From an uncultured Gemmataceae bacterium (lineage in GTDB: Bacteria; Planctomycetota; Planctomycetia; Gemmatales; Gemmataceae): a stretch of 64,000 bases of DNA. The DNA lies in NCBI GenBank assembly GCA_963750165.1, contig CAVVPN010000003.1:2208001-2272000 (forward strand), written 5' to 3'. The notes below the pieces were generated by a model. That model was not told where the DNA came from. It worked only from the letters and a program-made list of their open reading frames with translations, and searched no databases. A program made the position numbers and the translations under genes. Positions 1 to 8,872 of this stretch are shown in pieces; within the stretch, counting starts at the first letter, position 1; each line of letters opens with the position of its first letter.

Positions 1-833
1 ATCAACTCGTCGATCTCGGTCGTGAAGCCCAGTACCTTGACCCGGTGCCGCGGCGGCGTCGCCAACCCCTGCAATCGTTTGCACAGCGCCTCGTTGCGGC
101 CCGACACCATCACCACCTGCAGCGGCTCCTCCACCGTCAGCAGCGCCCGGAACAACTCCTCCACCGGGCCGACGCCGTGACCGCCCGCGAGCTGCAGCAC
201 GATGGGTCGGTCCGCGTCCAGCTCGTGTTTGGCGGCCATCGCGGCGCGGTCCTTCGGTGCGCTGAACACCGGGTCGATGGGGATGCCGGTGCGGATGATG
301 TCGGCCGCGGGCACGCCCAGCCATTGCAGCGTCACGCCCGCCTCTTCCGTCGCCGTGAAATAGCGCTCGCACGGCTCATGATACCACAGCCGATGAATCT
401 CCAGGTCCGTGGTCACGGTGACCTGCGGCGTCTTGAGCCGGCCGGCGCGGCGCAGGGCCGCGACCAGCTCGGCCGACAGGAAGTGCGTGTTGACGATCAG
501 GTCCCACGGCTGGTCGAGCAGCAGGGCGTAGAAGCGCCGCAGGTTGGCCCCCTCCAGCCAGCGGCGCAGGCGGTCGCTGATGCCGTCCGGGCTGCTGGGC
601 CGGCGGTCGAACAGGTTGTAGAGCAAGCCGTACAGGCTGGGCGCCTTGTTCACCATGTCGAGGTAACTGCCGGCGTAGGCGTAGCGGAACAGGCGGTTGG
701 TCAGGTTCATGAGATCGACGCGGTGGACAGTGGCCTCGGGCGCGGCCAGACGCAAGGCCAGCTCGACCGCCTCGGCAGCGCGAACGTGGCCGGCGCCGGC
801 CGCGGTGGATAGCACCAGAATGCGAAGCCCCAT
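1..833 (-). CDS. MGDG synthase / diacylglycerol glucosyltransferase-like GT28 glycosyltransferase (runs off the left edge)
   Basis: Read by hand from ATG 833: MGLRILVLSTAAGAGHVRAAEAVELAL...YLDMVNKAPSLYGLLY...VNTHFL...GIPIDP. Not in the ORF track because its stop lies outside the window. Confidence 0.85.
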   Translation of the reverse strand, partial: MGLRILVLSTAAGAGHVRAAEAVELALRLAAPEATVHRVDLMNLTNRLFRYAYAGSYLDMVNKAPSLYGLLYNLFDRRPSSPDGISDRLRRWLEGANLRRFYALLLDQPWDLIVNTHFLSAELVAALRRAGRLKTPQVTVTTDLEIHRLWYHEPCERYFTATEEAGVTLQWLGVPAADIIRTGIPIDPVFSAPKDRAAMAAKHELDADRPIVLQLAGGHGVGPVEELFRALLTVEEPLQVVMVSGRNEALCKRLQGLATPPRHRVKVLGFTTEIDEL

Positions 834-963
834 GAACGCAACAACCTCCCTGAGCGGGCAACCGATTCCGCGAGGCGACAGGTTCGCCATACGGATGCCG
901 GGCAAGGGTGCCAAGGGGCCAACCGAGCCGGTGTGGCGCGGTGCCAGAACGTATGGCGACCGG

Positions 964-1029
964 GGGGTAGCGGAAGTCGCCAGACTTCCGTTCGGCGCTG
1001 CTCGGAAGTCTGGCGACTTCCGCTACCCC
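964..1029. repeat. REP-like palindrome (GTAG-capped)
   Basis: Perfect 27-bp arms GGGGTAGCGGAAGTCGCCAGACTTCCG / CGGAAGTCTGGCGACTTCCGCTACCCC. Confidence 0.9.
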
Positions 1030-1117
1030 AACCCCCACGCGCTCCAGAGCGGTTCGCGCGGATCGCGCCTGGGGGTGGGACGGTGGGCACGGGCTGACCA
1101 CCAGCGGCCTGCACTGC

Positions 1118-1289
1118 CACAGCAAGGGGGCCAAGGGGGCCAAGGGGGCCAACTTTTTCACACGTCGAGAATTGGCGCCCTGGCCCCGCACGGCTGGCAC
1201 GGCGCGACAACCGGCGGCGGTTGCCACAGCAAGAACGCCAAGGACGCCAAGAACGCCAACTTTTTCACACGTCGAGAATCGGCACCTGG
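1118..1289 (+). repeat. Two copies of a ~65-bp dispersed element (three 9-mers plus a conserved tail)
   Basis: CACAGC(AAGGGGGCC)x3AACTTTTTCACACGTCGAGAATTGGC, then a variant with AAGAACGCC/AAGGACGCC units; third copy at 19643. Confidence 0.9.
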
Positions 1290-1469
1290 CAGCGGTGCGC
1301 CGCTGGCAGGACGGCTCGGAAGCGCCGGCCTGCCGTTCGTGGTCCACGCAACTGCGAACCGCGCTAAACGGCCGTCCCGGGCGGCGGTGATTTTCTTGGG
1401 AAAACTTGGCGAAATCAGCGCGACTCCGATAAAAAGGACAACTGCCAGCACGAGCGAGTCACCGTGGAG

Positions 1470-2999
1470 ATGCCGCGCATGCAACCGACCGCGAACGAGG
1501 CGCCGACCGGCCGGGCTCGCCTCAACCTGTGGGACGCCATCAGCATCATCGTCGGCATCGTCATCGGCACGACGATTTTCAAAATCCCGTGGCTGATCTT
1601 CAGTAACGTCTCCGACCCGTGGATGGGCCTGCTGGTCTGGGTCGTCGGCGGCGTCCTGGCGGTGGTCGGCGCCCTCTGCTACGCCGAGCTGGCCACCACC
1701 TACCCGCGCTCCGGCGGCGACTACGTGTACCTGACGCGGGCGTTCGGCGACTGGTGCGGCTTCCTGTTCGGCTGGGCGCAGCTGGCGGTGGTGCTGACGG
1801 CCAGCATCGGCGCCATGGCCTACGTCTTCGGCGACTTCGCCGTCGATTTCCCCGAACTGAAACAGTTCTGGGAGGAGCGCGGCCTGATCCCCAACTTCAT
1901 GTACGCGGTGCTGGCGGTCGTGGTCATCACGGTGCTGAACCTGGGCGGCGTCGTCTTCGGCAAGTGGACGCAGAACGTGTTGACGGCCGCGAAGGTCGTG
2001 GGCCTGGCCGCCATCCTGGTCGCGGGCTTCATGGCCCCGCAGTTCGACGCCTGGTACCCGACGAAGTCGGCGGACTACGTCGGCTGGGGCGGCCTGGCGC
2101 TGGTCCTGGTGCTGTACGCCTACGGCGGCTGGAACGACGCCGCCTTCGTCGCCGCCGAAGTCCACGACGTGCGCCGCAACATCCCGCGGGCGCTGATCCT
2201 GGGCGTGTCATTCATCACGCTCATTTACCTGCTGGTGAACGTCGCCTACCTGCTGGGGCTGGGCTTCGACGGGGCCCGGCGGCCGGACCTGGGTACCATC
2301 CCCGGCCGCCTGTTGACGCGGGCGTTCGGCGACTTCGGCGGCAAGGCGATCACGGTCATCGTCATGGTGTCGGCACTGGGAGCGGTCAACGGCCTGATGT
2401 TCGCGGGCTCGCGCGTTTACGCCACGTTGGGGGCGGACCACAGCGCCTTCGCCTGGCTGGGCCGCTGGAACACGCGGGCCGGCGCCCCGTTCTGGGCGCT
2501 GGTCATTCAGGCGGCCATCACCCTGGCCCTGATCTTCCTGTTCGGCACCCACACCGGGCACGAGATCGTGACCGGTGCCCTGGTCGCGCTGGATCTGATG
2601 AAGGCCGGCACCGTGTGGAAGCCGGACGACGCCTTCGAGAAACTGGTGTCGCACTCCGCGCCGGTCTTCTGGGTGTTCTTCCTGCTGACCGGGCTGTCGC
2701 TGTTCGTGCTGCGCATCAAGGACCGCCACCTGACCCGGCCGTTCTCGGTGCCGCTGTTCCCGCTGCTGCCGCTCGTGTTCTGTGCCATGTGCGGGTACAT
2801 GCTGTACAAGTCGATTGAGTACGTGAAATGGGGGTCACTGTTCGGCCTGGGCGTGCTGGCGCTGGGCGTGCCGCTGTACCTGATCTCGGGCAAGCGTCCC
2901 GCTCCGGGGCCGGCGTGGCCGACGGCCGGGGTCACGGTCAACGGCGCGGCGGCCGGCGCCGAATCCGACCGCATCCGCCAGGGAGAGCCGCCCCTGTGA
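1470..2999 (+). CDS. APC-family amino acid permease
   Basis: About 12 hydrophobic segments; GIVIGTTIF, YAELATTYPRSGGDYVYL, YAYGGWN motifs. Confidence 0.92.
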   Translation: MPRMQPTANEAPTGRARLNLWDAISIIVGIVIGTTIFKIPWLIFSNVSDPWMGLLVWVVGGVLAVVGALCYAELATTYPRSGGDYVYLTRAFGDWCGFLFGWAQLAVVLTASIGAMAYVFGDFAVDFPELKQFWEERGLIPNFMYAVLAVVVITVLNLGGVVFGKWTQNVLTAAKVVGLAAILVAGFMAPQFDAWYPTKSADYVGWGGLALVLVLYAYGGWNDAAFVAAEVHDVRRNIPRALILGVSFITLIYLLVNVAYLLGLGFDGARRPDLGTIPGRLLTRAFGDFGGKAITVIVMVSALGAVNGLMFAGSRVYATLGADHSAFAWLGRWNTRAGAPFWALVIQAAITLALIFLFGTHTGHEIVTGALVALDLMKAGTVWKPDDAFEKLVSHSAPVFWVFFLLTGLSLFVLRIKDRHLTRPFSVPLFPLLPLVFCAMCGYMLYKSIEYVKWGSLFGLGVLALGVPLYLISGKRPAPGPAWPTAGVTVNGAAAGAESDRIRQGEPPL

Positions 3000-3042
3000 G
3001 ATTGATTCCGAGAAAGCCAACCCGTTTTGGAGGAACCCCACC

Positions 3043-3609
3043 ATGCGTCGCTTCGTGATGGTTTCGCTGACCGTGTTCGCCCTGATGTTGACCTTCGGCC
3101 TGGCGCCGGCGGCGCCCACGCAGCCCCAGATGGGCGACGTGATTTACGTGCCGACGCCCTATGAGGTCGTGGACAAGATGCTGGAGATGGCCGACGTGCG
3201 CAAGGGAGAGGTCGTCTATGATCTCGGTTGCGGCGATGGTCGCATCATGGTGCGCGCGGCCCAGAAATACGGCGTCAAGGCGTACGGCTGGGACATCGAT
3301 CCGGAGCGCATCAAGGATTCGCTGGCGAACATCGAGAAGAACAACGTCAAGAAGCTGGTGACGGTCACGCGCGGCAACATTTTCCAGCTGGACCTGAGCG
3401 GTGCGAACGTGGTCACGCTCTACCTGTTGCCGCAGCTCAATGTCAAGCTGATCCCGCAACTGGACAAGCTGAAGCCCGGTTGCCGCATCGTGTCGCACGA
3501 CTTTGACATGCAAGGGGTGCGGCCCAAGCGGGTGATTGATTTCTCTGCCGGCGGCCGCGATCACAAGATTTACCTGTGGGTGACGCCGCTGGAGAAGATC
3601 AACCCGTAA
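3043..3609 (+). CDS. Class I SAM-dependent methyltransferase with an N-terminal signal peptide
   Basis: YVPTP, VYDLGCGDGR, VTLYLL, RIVSHDF motifs; GGAGGA RBS; hydrophobic N-terminus. Confidence 0.9.
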   Translation: MRRFVMVSLTVFALMLTFGLAPAAPTQPQMGDVIYVPTPYEVVDKMLEMADVRKGEVVYDLGCGDGRIMVRAAQKYGVKAYGWDIDPERIKDSLANIEKNNVKKLVTVTRGNIFQLDLSGANVVTLYLLPQLNVKLIPQLDKLKPGCRIVSHDFDMQGVRPKRVIDFSAGGRDHKIYLWVTPLEKINP

Positions 3610-3626
3610 GTAGCGCTTTTGAGCTT

Positions 3627-3711
3627 GGCGAGCGGCGCGGCGTCAGCCCGCCGGTACTGCGCAGTGTCAAGGACTGCGCAGTACCGGCGGGCTGACGCCG
3701 CGCCGCTCGCC
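3627..3711. repeat. Long perfect palindrome between convergent genes
   Basis: 39-bp arms GGCGAGCGGCGCGGCGTCAGCCCGCCGGTACTGCGCAGT with a 7-nt loop. Confidence 0.9.
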
Positions 3712-3712
3712 G

Positions 3713-5725
3713 TTAAAAACTCCCGTCCGCCCACGCCAGCCACGCCGACGCCGACGCGTCGCTGGGCATGCGCCAGTCGCCGCGCGGCGACAGACTCACC
3801 GAGCCCACCTTCGGCCCGTCCGGCAGACACGAGCGCTTGTACTGGCTGGCAAAGAAGCGCCGCAGAAACTCGCGCAGCCAGCGGCGCACCTCGGCGGCTG
3901 TGTAAGCGCGATCGAACTGCGCGTGCCCCGCCAGATACAGGATTTTCTCCGGCGGACAGCCGAAGCGCAGGAAATGGTACAGGAAGAAGTCGTGCAGCTC
4001 ATACGGGCCGACGACCTCCTCGGTCGCTTGCACCGCCTCACCCGCGGCCCCGATCGGCAGCAGTTCGGGGGAGATCGGGGTCGCCACGATGCTGAGTAAA
4101 ATCCGCTGTGCCTCGCCGGCGAACTCGTTCCGCGCCGCCCAGTCCACCAGGAATTTGACGAGCGTCTTCGGGATACTGACGTTGGGGTTGTACATGCTCA
4201 TGTGGTCGGCGTTGTAGGTACACCAGCCGAGCGCCAGTTCGGACACGTCGCCGGTGCCGATCACGAAGCCGTGGTTCATGAGCAGGCTCGTCCGCATCCG
4301 CGCCTGGATGTTCTCGAACGCCAGGTCCGCCCGCTGCTTCGCCGTCAGCTGGTCCAGTTTCGCCGTCAACTCCGCGACGCCCAGCCCCTCCAGCGGAATG
4401 CCGAACGGCCGGTGCCCCAGCGCCTTCATTTCCTCCAGGCACAGCGGGCGGATGTCGATCTCCTGAGCCGACACCTGCAGTTCACGCATCAGCGCTTTTG
4501 CATTGGTATTGGTGAGCGCCGTGGTGCCGAAACCTGGCAGCGTCAGTGCCTGGATGTGCGCGCGCGGCACGCCGAGCAGGTCGAAGGTCTTGCACGCCAC
4601 CAGCAGCGCCAGCGTCGAGTCGAGGCCGCCGCTGACGCCGATGCTGACCGGCGGCGTGCCGACGTATTCCAGGCGCCGGGCCAGCGCCGCCACCTGAGTC
4701 TGGAAAATCTCCTGGCAGCGCTCCGCGAGCCGCTCCTGGCCGCGCGGCACGAACGGGTGCGCGTCCACCGGCCGCCGCAGCTGCGGGGCCTGTTCGCCGC
4801 GGCGCAGCGTACACGGCACACGGCGATAGGGTTTGTCCTTGACCAGCTGCAGGTGCGCGTCCCAGAAGCTGCTGGTCTTCTGCCGTTCGTTGACCAGACG
4901 CTCAAGGTCCACGTCGGTGACGAGCAGCGTTTCGTCGCGGCGGAAGCGCTCCGACTCCGCGAGCAGGGTGCCGTTCTCCGCGATCAGGCAGTGGCCGCCG
5001 AAGACGAGATCGGTGGTCGATTCGTCGCCGCCGCAGGAGGTGTAGACGTAGCCCGCGACACACCGCGCCGACTGGCCGAGCACCAGCTGCCGTCGATACG
5101 CCGCCTTGCCGATGACCTCGTTGCTGGCGGACAGGTTCACCAGGAGCGTGGCGCCGTGCAGCGTCTGGTGAGCGCTCGGCGGGATGGGCGTCCACAAATC
5201 CTCGCAGATTTCGACACCGACGATCAGACCGGGCGCGTCGTCGGTGGCGAACAGCAGATCGGTGCCGAACGGCGTCGGCTGGCCGGCGACGACGGTTTCC
5301 TTGCGGTTGGCGTTGACCGCGTGGCTGAACCAACGGCCCTCGTAGAACTCCTTGTAATTGGGCAGGAACGTCTTGGGTAGCACGCCGAGGAGCCGGCCGC
5401 GCTGCAGCACGGCAGCGCAGTTGAAAAGCTGGTCCTCGACCGCCAGCGGCAGGCCGACGACGGCCAGCCCGTCGAAGCCGCCGCACTCGGCGTCGAGCAA
5501 CCGCCGCAGCGCCGCGACCGCCGCGCGCTGCAGCGTCACCTGCTGGAACAGATCGGCGCAGGTGTAGCCGGTCAGGGCCAGCTCGGGGAAGACAACGACC
5601 GCGACACCCTCCGCCTGGGCCTGTGCCAGCAGGCCGAGGATGCGGCCGGCGTTGTAGTCGCAGTCGGCGACCCGCAGCTTCGGCACCGCAGCGGCGACGC
5701 GCACAAATCCGTGATGGTTCGGCAT
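3713..5725 (-). CDS. nadE: Glutamine-dependent NAD(+) synthetase
   Basis: Nitrilase domain (FPEL, PKTFLPNYKEFYEGRWF, EICEDLW) plus synthetase domain (SGGLDS, ENIQARMRT, KRSCLPDGPKVG); start taken at MPNHHGF. Confidence 0.96.
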   Translation of the reverse strand: MPNHHGFVRVAAAVPKLRVADCDYNAGRILGLLAQAQAEGVAVVVFPELALTGYTCADLFQQVTLQRAAVAALRRLLDAECGGFDGLAVVGLPLAVEDQLFNCAAVLQRGRLLGVLPKTFLPNYKEFYEGRWFSHAVNANRKETVVAGQPTPFGTDLLFATDDAPGLIVGVEICEDLWTPIPPSAHQTLHGATLLVNLSASNEVIGKAAYRRQLVLGQSARCVAGYVYTSCGGDESTTDLVFGGHCLIAENGTLLAESERFRRDETLLVTDVDLERLVNERQKTSSFWDAHLQLVKDKPYRRVPCTLRRGEQAPQLRRPVDAHPFVPRGQERLAERCQEIFQTQVAALARRLEYVGTPPVSIGVSGGLDSTLALLVACKTFDLLGVPRAHIQALTLPGFGTTALTNTNAKALMRELQVSAQEIDIRPLCLEEMKALGHRPFGIPLEGLGVAELTAKLDQLTAKQRADLAFENIQARMRTSLLMNHGFVIGTGDVSELALGWCTYNADHMSMYNPNVSIPKTLVKFLVDWAARNEFAGEAQRILLSIVATPISPELLPIGAAGEAVQATEEVVGPYELHDFFLYHFLRFGCPPEKILYLAGHAQFDRAYTAAEVRRWLREFLRRFFASQYKRSCLPDGPKVGSVSLSPRGDWRMPSDASASAWLAWADGSF

Positions 5726-5823
5726 GGGAATCACGCAAAGCCAGGGTAAGCACACCAGCCTCAACCCCCCTGTCATCGTACAAGGAGTTGAGGCCGGTTT
5801 GGACGTTTGAGATTTCCTGAGAA

Positions 5824-5854
5824 TGGGTGAGTGACGGGACTCGAACCCGCGACC
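5824..5854 (-). other. tRNA 3' fragment (T-arm plus acceptor strand, His-like); possible att-site remnant
   Basis: Minus strand reads GGTCGCGGGTTCGAGTCCCGTCACTCACCCA; no matching 5' acceptor strand or D-arm upstream. Confidence 0.7.
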
Positions 5855-6152
5855 GCATTACCAAAATGAGTGTACGGCCAGCCGCCCTATTTGCAAGGTT
5901 CTGCCGCTGGCAGAAAGAAGAACAACCTGCTTGACCGGCGCCGCCGGCCGCATTACGATACAACCTGTTGCAAGGTCGCCGCTGCCTTGCCACCGTGACC
6001 CCCACCCAGCGGACCAACCAACCTCGCGGGCCCGCTCCCCAGTGACGGCCCCAACCGCCTCGCCATCCGGTGCTGCCCCGTGGCGATGACCAACCGCCGG
6101 CGTGCCCGCCACGCCCCGCCAGTGACTTTTCGCTACTGCAGAGGAGACCATC

Positions 6153-8744
6153 ATGCCAGGGGATCGGTTCCGTTCGCGAACGACCCGCACCGCCGTCGTC
6201 ACGCTTCTGACACTGCTCGGCGTCCCCGCCGTCGCCCAGGCCCAGCCGCAGATGGGCAATCTGTTGCCGACGCCGCGCCTCACCGTGCTGTCGCCCGCGG
6301 GCGGCAAGGCCGGCACCACTGTGGAAGTCATCATCACCGGCACCGACCTCGACGCCCCCGAGGCGCTGCTGTTCAGCCACCCCGGCATCAAGGCGACGCC
6401 GATCATCTCGTCCGAACCCCTGCCCAAGCCCGATCCCAAGAAAACCAAGAAAAAGCAACCCGGCAAGGCGGCGCCAGGCGGCAAGTTCACGGTCACCATC
6501 GCCGCCGACGTGCCGCCCGGCAACCATGACGCGCGCTTCGTCGGCAAGCACGGTGTCAGCAATGCCCGCGCCTTCGTCGTCGGCGACCTGCCGGAAGTCC
6601 TGGAACAGGAGCCGAACAACGACATCGACCAGGCGCAGAAGGTCGAATTGAACGCGACGATCAACGGCACCATCAGCGCCCCGACCGACGTGGACTATTA
6701 CCAGTTCAACGGCAAGAAGGGCCAGCGCGTCATCGTCCACTGCCTTGGCGCGAACATGGACAGCCGGTTAATGCCGGAACTGCGACTGCTCACGGCCGCG
6801 GGCAAGGAACTCGCCTACCATCGGCCGGCGCCCGGCAGCGACGGCCTGCTCGACTACACGCTGCCGGAGGACGGCACCTACCTCGTGCGCCTCTGCCAGT
6901 TCACCTACACGCAGGGCAACGCCGATTATTTCTACCGCCTGACCATTTCGACGCGGCCGTGGATCGACGTGGCCCACCCATCCGCGCTCGAGCCGGGCCG
7001 CACCACGGCGGTCACGCTCCACGGCCGCAACCTGCCCGGCGGCAAACCCGACCCCAGCGCCGTCATCGACGGCCGCGTGCTGGACAAGCTGGTCGTCCAG
7101 GTGACGGCGCCGAACGATGCCCAGGCACTGCAGCGGCTCAGCTACAGCGGCCACCTGTCGCCGTTGAACGCCATGCTGGACGGCTTCGAGTATCGGCTGC
7201 GCGGCGCGGCTGGCACGTCGAACCCCGTGCTGCTGACGTTCGCCACCGCCCCCGTGGTGCTCGACAACGACGACAACCATACGCAAGCCGCCGCCCAGCA
7301 GGTCAACGCCCCCTGCGAGATCGTTGGCCGGCTCGACAGGAAGCGGCTGCGCGACTGGTACAGGTTCACCGCCAAGAAGGGCACGGTCTACACCATTGAG
7401 GTCTTTAGCGAACGTCTTGGCGCCCCGACGGACATTTTCGCCAGCGTCCGCAACGGCACCGGCAAGGACGTGACCGAGATGGCGGCGCTGGACGACGACC
7501 AGACGACGCTGAGCCCGACGCACCTGTACACGGTCACGCGCGACCCAACGCCGTACCGCTTCGTGGCGCCGGCGGACGGCCCCTATTTCATCGTGGTCGG
7601 CAGCCACTTCGGCGACACGTCCGCGGGGCCCCACCACGTCTACCACGTCCGCATCAGCCCGGAGCGGCCGGACTTCCACGTCCTGGTAACGCCGCCGGAC
7701 ACGTACCGGCCGGACAGCCTGCTGCTGTACAAGGGCGGCGACCGCTACTTGACGGCGTTCGTGCAGCGCCGCGATGGCTTCAAGGGCGAGGTGACGCTCA
7801 CCGCCGAGGGTTTGCCGAAGGGCGTGACCTGCAGGCCGCAGGTGGTCGGCCCGAACCAGAAGCAGACGCACCTCGTCTTCAGCGCCGCGAAGGACGCGGC
7901 ACCGCTGGTGAGCCCGTTCACCATCAAGGCCAGCGCCAGCATCAACGGCCAGACGGTGGTGCGCGCGGCGCGGGCAGTGGGCACCACCTGGCCGGTGCAG
8001 CCGCAACAGAACATCCCGACCATTGCGCGGCTCGACCGTCAGTTCGTGCTGGCGGTGCGCGACCTGCCGCCGTGGCGGCTGACGCTGGGCAAGGACAGCG
8101 CGGTGATCGTTCACGGCAACAAGTTGACGATCCCGGTGAAGGTGTCGCGGCTGTGGCCGGACTTCAAGTCGCCGGTGCAGATCCAGCCGATCCCGACCGA
8201 CTTCCCGCAGGGCGTGACCTTCGGCCCAGTGAACCTGCCGCCGGGCAAGGACGACGGCAGCCTGGTGCTGAACATTCCGACGAATGTGCAGCCGGGCAAG
8301 TACAACATCGTCTTCACCAGCTTCGCCCCGGTGACGTACAAGGACGCGAAAGGCAAAGCGAAGCAGAACGTCAACACCGTCCTGCCGTCCACCGCCCTGG
8401 AGTTGACGGTGCTGCCGAAGCAGGTGGCGTCGCTGTCGCTGGGCAGCGGCAACCCCAGCGTCAAGGTCGGCAACCAAACGGAACTGCTCGTCAAGGTGAC
8501 GCGGCAGTTCGATTACGCCGGCGAGTTCAAGGTGCAGCTGGTGCTGCCGCCGAACACGCAGGGCATCAGCGCCGACCCCGTGACCATCAAGGCAGGCGAG
8601 AACGAGGCGAAACTGATCCTGCGGGCAGCGGCGAACGCCACCGTGGGCGCCCGGCCCAACCTGACGGTGCGGGCGGTCGCGGTCGTCAACGGCAATGTGA
8701 ATCTGACGCACGAAACGAAATTGAATGTGAATGTTGTCAAATAG
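6153..8744 (+). CDS. Secreted planctomycete PPC (pre-peptidase C-terminal) domain protein
   Basis: Signal peptide; PAGGKAGTTVEV, EQEPNND, DVDYYQF, DGTYLVRL repeats; Ig-like C-terminus. Confidence 0.82.
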   Translation: MPGDRFRSRTTRTAVVTLLTLLGVPAVAQAQPQMGNLLPTPRLTVLSPAGGKAGTTVEVIITGTDLDAPEALLFSHPGIKATPIISSEPLPKPDPKKTKKKQPGKAAPGGKFTVTIAADVPPGNHDARFVGKHGVSNARAFVVGDLPEVLEQEPNNDIDQAQKVELNATINGTISAPTDVDYYQFNGKKGQRVIVHCLGANMDSRLMPELRLLTAAGKELAYHRPAPGSDGLLDYTLPEDGTYLVRLCQFTYTQGNADYFYRLTISTRPWIDVAHPSALEPGRTTAVTLHGRNLPGGKPDPSAVIDGRVLDKLVVQVTAPNDAQALQRLSYSGHLSPLNAMLDGFEYRLRGAAGTSNPVLLTFATAPVVLDNDDNHTQAAAQQVNAPCEIVGRLDRKRLRDWYRFTAKKGTVYTIEVFSERLGAPTDIFASVRNGTGKDVTEMAALDDDQTTLSPTHLYTVTRDPTPYRFVAPADGPYFIVVGSHFGDTSAGPHHVYHVRISPERPDFHVLVTPPDTYRPDSLLLYKGGDRYLTAFVQRRDGFKGEVTLTAEGLPKGVTCRPQVVGPNQKQTHLVFSAAKDAAPLVSPFTIKASASINGQTVVRAARAVGTTWPVQPQQNIPTIARLDRQFVLAVRDLPPWRLTLGKDSAVIVHGNKLTIPVKVSRLWPDFKSPVQIQPIPTDFPQGVTFGPVNLPPGKDDGSLVLNIPTNVQPGKYNIVFTSFAPVTYKDAKGKAKQNVNTVLPSTALELTVLPKQVASLSLGSGNPSVKVGNQTELLVKVTRQFDYAGEFKVQLVLPPNTQGISADPVTIKAGENEAKLILRAAANATVGARPNLTVRAVAVVNGNVNLTHETKLNVNVVK

Positions 8745-8857
8745 TCATTAGTCATTAGTCATTAGTCATTAGTTATCAGGGATCCCGTTCAGGACAAATG
8801 CTCAGGTTTGGACGGGATCCTGATGACTAATGACTAATGACTAATGACTAATGACTA
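8742..8857. repeat. Inverted heptamer cassette (TAGTCAT)n...(ATGACTA)n
   Basis: 4 TAGTCAT plus 1 variant, an inner GGATCCCGT/ACGGGATCC stem, then 5 ATGACTA. Confidence 0.92.
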
Positions 8858-8872
8858 TTCCGGAGGAATCCC

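Noticed and set aside
1118..1289. Possible mini CRISPR array
   Set aside because: Only two ~65-bp units, internally tandem and divergent; no cas genes; a lone copy occurs elsewhere.
45..1596. ORFs 45..812(+), 376..1347(-), 697..1596(+)
   Set aside because: Shadows of the glycosyltransferase and translated repeats, with no protein motifs.
5800..5900. Complete tRNA gene
   Set aside because: No 5' acceptor strand or D-arm; the candidate anticodon stem is mismatched.
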